45,380 bases of DNA from Trichoplax sp. H2 (taxonomy: Eukaryota), in assembly GCA_003344405.1 (NCBI GenBank), contig NOWV01000022.1:744001-789380 (forward strand). Direction: 5' to 3'. Made by a program: the position numbers and the translations under genes. Positions within the stretch are counted from its first letter, which is position 1; each line of letters begins with the position of its first letter. Positions 36,696-45,380 of the stretch are shown here, piece after piece. The notes under the pieces were generated by a model. The model saw only the letters and a list, made by a program, of their open reading frames with translations. It made no database searches and was not told the origin of the DNA.

Positions 36696-38753
36696 TTAGT
36701 CACCTTTTTGGTTCATTTTTGTAGCAAGACGCTTCGATTTTCCTTTCTGTAGCTTTTTGGCTTCTAATTCTTGTTTTTTCCTCTGATTTTCTATCATTCT
36801 CTTCTCGCGTAGGGCTTTTTTATTACCTTTTACAGCAGATTCTACAATTGAATCGAACTCTTCTGCGTCATCCTCCCAACCAGCCCCTTTCTCGTCCCAT
36901 ACACCAAGTCCACTATCCTATATTGAGAAAAATAAACTGAAGTGAATACACGATCGGAGTCTAGCATTTTAATTAACAATGATCTACTTTTTATTTTAAA
37001 GTTTATTATTGGCATATACAATAATTTTAAATATGAATGGAATCCTTTAAGTTGGCAGAAAAAATCTGGCTAACCTCGGGTAACAACATCTTATCATTTA
37101 TGACAAATTTGTTCTCAATTTTATTGGTTACCACGGGCGGGTTTTCATTCTTTGCTATGATATACTGTAACATGTTTCAAATAATAATAAGACGATAGAA
37201 GCCTGTAGATTATACATTTCTTGCATACCTTGGCTTGCTTTTGAATAACTGGTTCCAAGTCTTCGAAAAAATTGGGGGCGTTATTCATCTCTTCATTTAC
37301 ATCAGCTACATTATTCTGTACGGTATCATGAGGCAACTCTTCCGCTTCAGTTTTTGGAAGCGTTTCCAAGTTTGTGTCTTGATTGGGAAGAACAGTTACA
37401 CCAAAGCTATTATTCCAACTGTCCCACGTATCACCTTCAATATCGTCCTCATCCTCTTTTAAGTCGGTGATATTCTAAGTATAAACAGAACAGTTTTTAG
37501 GGTATTTTTTATCAGATTGACGAGAAATAAACATTCCAATGATTGGGCCCAACGAAATTCGAGGACAGTCGATCTAGAATGAACCCTTCATACTAGGATA
37601 TGTGTACGATATTATTCGATTCAAACGATTTTGTTGCTTCCTGTCGTGCGATACTACAGTATATCCGGCAGTAAAAGATGTTTCACGCGTATTCTTCAAT
37701 TACAAATCCTCTAGCAAAGACTCGAATGAAGTTGTCAATATCATTTTTAATTAGGACTAAAGGAGCTGTAGGATGTTAACGAATAACCAACTTTTTATTT
37801 AGCTTATTGTGCACAATGATAGTGAGTACTAATCTTAAATACTACACTTTACTTCTACATGATTCGGTTACATACACTTAGTATTTATTTCTATCACATG
37901 AGATAATTAACAGAATGATAAGAACTTTAGGTAAAATACGGGTAGATGAACACGAGGGTATAAGTTCTTATGTAAATATGGCCAAAGGTCTAAACGGTCT
38001 AACTACTCGTAATTGCAATGTTATGGTGTACGGATAGTTACGATTATAATTTTATGTACAGTACAGTAGGTTTCAGAGTGCTCCAGCTGGAGTGTAATCA
38101 CATTTTTAATGATATAATATCTATGATTATAGCTTATGGCTATTATATATTAATGTACTGTATCTCGATAATTTCTAGTTTAGCAAGTATTTACAGTTCA
38201 TCGTCTGGCGTATAAAGCAGATTGATGGTTGTTTACAGATTTATTATTATCGTTGGCTATCACCATTGTAATCAGTGAGGCTTACAGCACACTGCACTTT
38301 ACGATGATCCACAGTTTGATATTCAGTACAAACAATTATCATGATGTAGCTAAGATGGAACACTTAAGCGAGAAGAGTTAACGCATAAATTGGCTCGGAT
38401 TCTCGATGTATTTTCTAGTAGGATTGTTTATTTGTAAAGTGAGCAAGATGCACAAGTGGAAGGGAGCTTGGACACATTAGCGGATATTACTGCACATTAT
38501 CTACAGATTACGATATACTGTAAGCCTGCATCGATTGCATTTTAGAACTACTGAGATAGGCATCATTGGGTCAAACTTTGTGGATTGTACTTACTGGTGT
38601 TGTCGGAGTTACTTTCACATCAAGTAATAGGCTCTCTTCGCTGCTAGTCTTCTTCTTCCAGAGCCGCCTTAAGCCTAATTTTATTCCGATCCATTGCAGC
38701 ATCCATTTAATGATCGAACAACAAAAGCAAATCCTACTCAAGCTTAACTTCAT
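36696..38753 (-). CDS. EBAG9: EBAG9/RCAS1-like Golgi membrane protein, 4 exons
   Basis: Exons 38753-38595 (hydrophobic, Cys-containing N-terminus then basic RRLWKKK), 37474-37229 (TWDSWN...PNFFEDLEPVIQKQAK, cf. recalled human WTSWD...PDYFKDMTPTIRKTQK), 37164-37075, 36917-36696 (LGVWDE..AGWEDD...REKRMIENQRKKQELEA, cf. REKRAAEQQRKKMEKEA). Confidence 0.85.
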
Positions 38754-38918
38754 CGTTTATTGGGTTTCATGCATTCTAAAATTGATAGTAACGCATACGT
38801 CGATAGGACTACGGCTAACTATGTATCACGCAATGGTTACATATTTTAGAATAGATGACCGAGGTTAGAATGGACCCTTTCCCCTCTCGAGTTAAGCCCA
38901 AAAGATGAAAAGTGCAAG

Positions 38919-40245
38919 TGCATTAAATATGGAGCAGCAACATGGACTTATTGTACCTGATGCTTTCAAGGTAGGCTACAGTTCTGTACTGTAGGCTACA
39001 AGGCTATCCATTGTAGAAAGTACTGTAGCTGTCCTGTGATCATTACCCCTATCACTAGAAGAAGACCGGCTTAAAGCCTGTACTGTATTCTTAGGGTACT
39101 GTTCTGTATCTTTGAAATCTATTCTGCAGACCACGGTCTGGACTAGTCCGGACCGAATCGGACCAGACCAGAAGACATCTACTGTACAGTACGCTGTACT
39201 GTAGTAGAAGTTTCTGACTATAAACTGTGCACTGTAAGTAATACTGTACGAAGGATCTGTGAGGTCAACTGACAAAGGAATATTTAAAATGGCTGCTACT
39301 GAAGGCTGTCGTATTGTTAAGAGAATTTGCGATGAAAGCTTTAACCTTTTCAAATGGCTACATGAAGCAGATATTGGGGTGTATAAGGAGTCACAATATC
39401 ACCTAGAGCAAACTGAAACGTTGAAGCAGAAATTAGATTCGATCAAAGCTTTATTTCGAAGTTTGCGCCTAGTCTATGAAGACTGCAATAGGAATGGAAA
39501 AATCGATGATCAAGAGGTACACAAGNNNNNNNNNNNNNNNNNNNNTGCATTAAATATGGAGCAGCAACATGGACTTATTGTACCTGATGCTTTCAAGGTA
39601 GGCTACAGTCCTGTACTGTAGACTACAAGGCTATCCATTGTAGAAAGTACTGTAGTTGTCCTGTGATCATTACCCCTATCACTAGAAGAAGACCGGGTTA
39701 AAGCATGTATTCTTAGGGTACTGTACTGTACACTGCACAGTCGTACTGTAATGTACTATACTGTTCTGTATCTTTGAAATCTATTCTGCAGACCACGGTC
39801 TGGACTAGTCCGGACCGAATCGGACCAGAACCATGAAGACATCTACAGTACGCTGTACTGTAGTAGAAGTTTCTGACTATAAACTGTACACTGTAAGTAA
39901 TACTGTACGAAGGATCTGTGGCGTCAACTGACAAAGGAATATTCAATCCCTGGAAAGCTACGCTGATACAGTGCAGTGTACTAAATTACTAGACGTTGCA
40001 AGCTTAAAATGGCTGCTACTGAAGGCTGTCGTATTGTTAAGAGAATTTGCGATGAAAGCTTTAACCTTTTCAAATGGCTACATGAAGCAGATATTGGGGT
40101 GTATAAGGAGTCACAATATCACCTAGAGCAAACTGAAACGTTGAAGCAGAAATTAGATTCGATCAAAGCTTTATTTCGAAGTTTGCGCCTAGTCTATGAA
40201 GACTGCAATAGGAATGGAAAAATCGATGATCAAGAGGTACACAAG
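38919..40245. repeat. Duplicated segment flanking a 20-N assembly gap (38919-39525 versus 39546-40245), containing MED30 upstream sequence and exon 1
   Basis: TGCATTAAATATGGAGCAGC...GAGGTACACAAG occurs on both sides of the N run; coding part identical, non-coding parts differ by SNPs and indels. Confidence 0.9.
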
Positions 40246-41311
40246 CGGCATGATGAAGTACTATACATGTCTAAATGATAAAATATTTCGCCTTTCTATA
40301 CCTTCAAGGTTTAATCTCCAGATTTTTCATTCATTCAGATTAAGGAATTATTATTTAGTGACAACAACGAGGCCAAATCAACACAACGTGACAGCGATAA
40401 AGATGGATTGACAATGGAACGTCAGGAGCTAGAGGAGGTATTACTGTACTCCATGTAATGCCATGTTTTGGATACTTACATTCTACTTGCAATGTCATAA
40501 TTTTTATAGCAATGACGGCAGTTTAGAACATTTTTACTACATGATGTATCTTAATATCCTAAAGTAAAATATAATAACTTATGCGTTGACGATTACGTGT
40601 TGCTTGAAATTATTACAATTACAACGTCGTTTCACTAGGCAGCCCTCGCAGTGACATTGAATGAATTGTTACATGAATAATAATGATACATAATATACGT
40701 AATGCGATTGTATCCTAGCGTAATAAGCATAGATACGAAACAGTTTTTCGTTTACGCGATTATAATTCTGTTGCGTCAGTATAGTTAGAGAACAAATGTC
40801 ACATACAGTAAAATATCGATGTTCATGTATATAAGTGGCTTGCAGATTAGTAATCGCAGATTCCAAGGACGATATGAGCAGTAAAGCGTATAAGATATCG
40901 TATAGACTACAGTATTCTCATGTAGATCGTAATCGTTAAGCATAGATTGTACTGCACACTACGGTATTATTACAGTTAGTATTTTACCACGGCATAGACG
41001 GTGCACTATAATAGGAAGATATCATTAACAGAAATGCGCAAATGAAATCGAAATCGTGATGGTGTAGTACATTAAATTTCGTAATCCACGAGTAGTATAG
41101 TATTTGCTTTTGTCATGTATCTTCCAGTATCTTCCTGTTACCTTAATGCATTTATTATAGTCGACACTCTGTCATACATCTTGGTATTTATGTAAACTCA
41201 TTAACAAATTCTACTTTTTTGCAGCGAATAAAGGAAAAGAATCAGCAATTGAAGATTGTAATAGATCAATTAAGGGAAATAGTATGGCAGATCAATGCCT
41301 TTACGACCTAA
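40009..41311 (+). CDS. MED30: Mediator complex subunit 30, 3 exons
   Basis: Exons 40009-40236, 40339-40437, 41225-41311: ...LFRSLRLVYEDCN...RIKEKNQQLKIVIDQLREIVWQINAFTT*, matching recalled human LFRKLRLVYDKCN and KQKNQQLKQIMDQLRNLIWDINAM. Confidence 0.9.
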
Positions 41312-42788
41312 CTGTAACGTTATATGTTTTCACATCCTTAGAAAGTATTATTATAATTATTGCCCATTCTTGATTAGATTGCTGTACTTTACCAGATTTT
41401 TTTTGCGATTGAAGATGCGAATAGTACGGCGGACATGTGCGAAGTTTGTATATTTCATTATAATGAAAATTATGTTTGACACGACAACTGATACATAAAT
41501 AAGTAGCATAAATTGAAGCTAACTAATATCCATGATTCTATCGTATAGCTGTTATGAATTACTGAGCTACATATTTAAAATTGTATCATATTTAAGTTGT
41601 AATGCTTAAAGTTTTAAATTTCATCAATTGTATAAATTACTGTTTCATATAGCTTGCAAGAACAAAATACTGTATACGTTCTTGTAGTTTGGGTGTAACA
41701 TTTTAATATTATATTTAATATTTTATGTAGCTCTAACGGTAGAGAAAGTATTAATTATTATATGTATGGAAGCACGATATGTTTTATAAAAGTATTCAAC
41801 ATCTAACAAACTTTCAACTGCACATTCGTACAAAAATATTTTCATCATATACGTGATGATGGCTTACTTGATTTTTGAAGCAAAATATCTATTCAAGTTA
41901 GTGTTCAATTCCTTGTTAAAATTTTTGCATGTTCGACTCTCGTATAGACTAATAACAGCAATAGTAACATGTTTATATTTCATACAAGTACCTGCAATGT
42001 TATCATCCTATCGCATAGCGATTTCTTATGCAGTAAAAGTTGCAATGATTAATGGCTACTTATACATCATCCCAAATTCTGCATTTATTTTATTACAAGT
42101 TATTACAAATACATACTATTGATACTGTCAAAATAAAGGCAACTTAGCAAGCATTGTCATAATATTGTTAATTTAAAATCAGGTATAAAAACATTATAAG
42201 ATTCGATCAAAGTTCAGATCATACGGATATTTACAGCATTAACATTATTTAATTATTTTAGGATTAATTTCATAAAAGATGGCACTTAATAGCATATATC
42301 TATTAGTTATTTAATAATCTATAGTACAATGGCATTTTGTATCACGAATTAAATGCATTAATATTAAGCTAACAAAGCGCAAGGACACTTACTGCAGACC
42401 GTGAGTTATGTTGAATAAAACACTATGCAAATATACTATTAAATTTAAGTAGAAATTCAAATAGGATTTCAATAGGACAGTATATAAGACTAAACTCACT
42501 TAAGGCATAAATAGCAAATTTAAGATGATTATGTCTGCTTGCAGTTTTCAGGACCTGTAAATACAGGCTACAATTACTGTCTATATACGCTAGTGTATCT
42601 ACGAGAGCACATTATAATCAACGTTTCAGATACTAAATAAATAGCGTGCATTAACTACCTTGGGTAATACCTATCTGTCGGCAATTACACTTGCAGTAAC
42701 GTAGCAAACTAATGTAATGCTAAGACTTGGTATAGTTTTGGGAACCCGCTAAAATTCAAAACTGCAATAGGTAATAAAGAGATATTGT

Positions 42789-43430
42789 TTAGTTTTCCAG
42801 GGATTTGAGGTATTTCCTAACGCTGAATAATTTCTTTTTAAGAATCTTAAAACTTTCGTCATTACAATCACAGTTCTTTAAGAGTAAATCGATGGAGTCA
42901 TTGTCGTTAACTGTCTGATTAGTAAAAAAATCGAATAACGCTTCTTTTAAATTACTGTTCTTGGCATTCTGTTGTTCCAGATTTTCTGTTGTACTGTCCA
43001 TTTCTGACCGAATTCTAGCCATCTCCTTCATTAATACACAACAAGATTGACTGTATTCTTCCACTTGATAAGTTAGTTGTTTCTTGATATTTAATGTGTC
43101 ATTAAGTCTTCCCTTTAAATCTTCAGTCTCTTCTTTTAAATTTTCGATTTCTAATTGCCAGTCATTTGTTGTTACTTTGATATTATTTAATTTTGATGCA
43201 TTTTGTGATAATAAATCAGTTAAGTGATCGTTTTTCTGTTTTAGTTCTCTTTGCGATATTGTAACATCTTCAAGTTCGGTCCTTAATTTCTTGACTTCAT
43301 CATTGCGCTCCTTCAGTAAATTATCCGATTCGCGCAAGGCATTTTCCAGGTTTATTACAGTCTTGTGCAATAACGAGTCGAGAGGTGCGTCTTCGTCATC
43401 AGTTATTTCGTTGATTTCACTGTTAGACAT
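42789..43430 (-). CDS. Uncharacterised coiled-coil protein (213 aa, single coding exon)
   Basis: 642-bp open frame in stop-rich AT DNA, E/K/L/N-rich with heptad leucine periodicity; no family recognised. Confidence 0.7.
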   Translation of the reverse strand: MSNSEINEITDDEDAPLDSLLHKTVINLENALRESDNLLKERNDEVKKLRTELEDVTISQRELKQKNDHLTDLLSQNASKLNNIKVTTNDWQLEIENLKEETEDLKGRLNDTLNIKKQLTYQVEEYSQSCCVLMKEMARIRSEMDSTTENLEQQNAKNSNLKEALFDFFTNQTVNDNDSIDLLLKNCDCNDESFKILKKKLFSVRKYLKSLEN

Positions 43431-43825
43431 ACTGCTGTGAAGTGGCTAAATTAATATCATCAGCATTACTAGTCATTCATGTTATAGTTATGTTATCTAC
43501 TTTAGCTCAATACGGATGACGGACTAAGTAAACTGTGGTTGTAGATTGGATTTTATGCGATTAATTTTCTTTAATTCGATCCTCTCTCTATCATTGATAA
43601 TTCGTATAGCCAAGTTGTCAGGATTTCTGGGATACAAAGGTGTATTTAAAGAAGAAGTCCTACTATTTTTAACTGTTGTTACAGAAATTGCCCAATTTTA
43701 TTTTCAATTTTATCTTATTTATTAATTAATTAATTAAAGAACTGTTGCTATAACGATATTCCGTTCCGTTCCGCTTTCTTCTGGAATTAGTATGGGCGTT
43801 TCGACGTACAGTACAAACAAAGCTT

Positions 43826-44740
43826 CATACTGTATCAACCAGTATCAAGTACTGTACAGTAGAGTACTGTACTGTACAGTACTGTACCGTACAGTATACT
43901 GGTACTATCAACTCTGTGGGGTAACAAAATTGGAACGGGTTCAGTACGTAGTACAGTACTGTACTGTACTGCTACAGCAGCTGCTTAATACAGTATTTTG
44001 TATAGTGTAGTGTACGGTTTCAGATGTACAGTACAGTACTATACTGTACTGTACAGTGTACTGTACACTACAGTACAGTTGTACTGTACAATGTCCATTA
44101 TACACTGTACACTGTAAAGCACAGCATAGTACTGTACAGTACAGTGTACAGTACTGTACTGTACAATGTACATACTGTACAGTACTGTACTGACAGTGTA
44201 GAATGATCGCGAAAATGATTAGCCTCCACATTTTTTTGCAGAGTCTCTTCTATTTTAAGAGAAAAAAAGGAAGAGAAAATGTCCCTGATTATACTGCACC
44301 ATAATTTGATAGGAGGACATAAACTGTATCAACTAGTATCAAGTAGAGTACTGTACTGTACAGTATACTGGTACTATCAACTCTGTGGGGTAACAAAATT
44401 GGAACGGGTTCAGTACGTAGTACGGTACTGTACTGTATTGCTACAGCAGCTGCTTAATACAGTATTTTGTATAGTGCAGTGTACTGTACAGTGTACAGTG
44501 TACACCTGTACAATGTACAGTACACTACAGTCCTGTACAGTTGTACAGTACTGTACGCTATACACTGTATACTGTACACTGTACACTGTAAAGCACAGCA
44601 TAGTACATACTGACAGTGTAAAATGATCAGGAAACGATTAGCCTCCACATTTTTTTACAGAGTCTCTTCTATTTTAAGAGAAAAAAAGGAAGAGAAAATG
44701 TCCCTGATTATACTGCACCATAATTTGATAAGAGGGCATA
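43826..44740. repeat. Two-copy tandem duplication (~420-490 bp) saturated with TACAG/CTGTA micro-repeats
   Basis: Shared blocks (CAACTCTGTGGGGTAACAAAATTGGAACGGGTTC; GAGAAAATGTCCCTGATTATACTGCACCATAATTTGATA) occur twice, separated by variable ACAGT/TACTG tracts. Confidence 0.92.
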
Positions 44741-45049
44741 ATGCGCCTACAAAGCAGTTTTATGCCCCAGTATTTAAACCCCATACCACGAGGATCTGAG
44801 TGTCTGACGGTGACGCCAAAAAGTACAAGAATATACCAAGGAAGTCCTTGATGCTCTTAGCCATACTGACCTTAGTACTGAATAGTAAGTACTATTGTAC
44901 CAGTGACGCAGAGTGACTGTACTTGGCCAGCGCACTACTACGTGCAGCGTGTTGCAAGCTGTCCTAGTACGCAAGCGTAGCATCAGACTCCCAGACTACA
45001 AGACAATCGGAAAAATTGGCCTTTTATATTGCTCCACGCATGTGACAAT

Positions 45050-45092
45050 CCTTCTTTTCAGCTTCTCTGAGATATCGTTCTTGCGCCATTTT
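45050..45092 (+). promoter_or_regulatory. Candidate TCT/5'TOP polypyrimidine initiator plus YY1-like GCGCCATTTT motif of RPLP1
   Basis: CCTTCTTTTC about 140 bp upstream of the RPLP1 ATG and GCGCCATTTT at 45083-45092; both motif types are typical of animal ribosomal-protein promoters. TSS not demonstrated. Confidence 0.45.
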
Positions 45093-45189
45093 AGAGAAGG
45101 TGTATCGTTCTCTTGTAGCTAAGGCCATCCGGCGACGTACACCATTTAAAGTTGTTGTGAAGAAAAGTTAAAGTGTTCATAAAGTACAA

Positions 45190-45261
45190 ATGGCATCAAC
45201 ATCTGAACTAGCGTGTGTATATAGTGCACTTATCTTAAGTGATGATGAGGTCGAGATCACG
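45190..45261 (+). CDS. RPLP1: 60S acidic ribosomal protein P1, exon 1 (gene continues past the window)
   Basis: MASTSELACVYSALILSDDEVEIT followed by GTAAGG donor; recalled human N-terminus is MASVSELACIYSALILHDDEVTVT. Confidence 0.93.
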
Positions 45262-45380
45262 GTAAGGAATTGGTATTTTTTTTCCTTGTCGACTTTGAAT
45301 AGCCTTACAGGGATGTCGATTTATACAGTACAGTGTGGCATACAGTCTGGAATCTTGGATGTGGTAGCTGATTTTGTATT

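Noticed and set aside
38976..39946. Minus-strand ORFs of 125 aa and 77 aa, and the + ORF 39259-39621 crossing the gap
   Set aside because: They differ by indels between the two duplicate copies, resemble no family, and the + ORF only reads through Ns.
43792..44648. Overlapping Y/C/T/V-rich ORFs on both strands
   Set aside because: Artefacts of stop-poor ACAGT/TACTG micro-repeats within a tandem duplication.

Overview
AT-rich, compact, intron-rich genomic DNA from a non-bilaterian animal; the gene style and content suggest a placozoan such as Trichoplax (inference). It is not prokaryotic, so most of the supplied ORF track is spurious or covers only exon fragments. Manual splicing at GT-AG sites recovers 11 genes: TMEM241 (5'-incomplete, +), a divergent bacterial/plant-type proline iminopeptidase (-), a small RD/RS-rich protein with a Btz/BCLAF1-THRAP3-like C-terminal motif (+), ZC2HC1A (-), squalene synthase FDFT1 (+), a divergent BMP5-8-like TGF-beta ligand (+), a two-thioredoxin-domain TXNDC5-like PDI (-), EBAG9 (-), MED30 (+; exon 1 duplicated across an N gap), an intronless coiled-coil orphan (-) and exon 1 of RPLP1 (+). 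Tandem repeats and two MITE-like elements cluster near gene 5' ends. Best leads: (1) a stem-closed motif in the RPLP1 5' UTR that appears to match human RPLP1 with compensatory changes and resembles the P-stalk site of 28S rRNA; (2) an iminopeptidase with an intact triad but a rebuilt proline pocket; (3) BMP-TXNDC5 tail-to-tail microsynteny as in human BMP6-TXNDC5; (4) a tandem repeat that multiplies the FDFT1 exon-1 splice donor. All homology calls come from recalled sequences, not searches.
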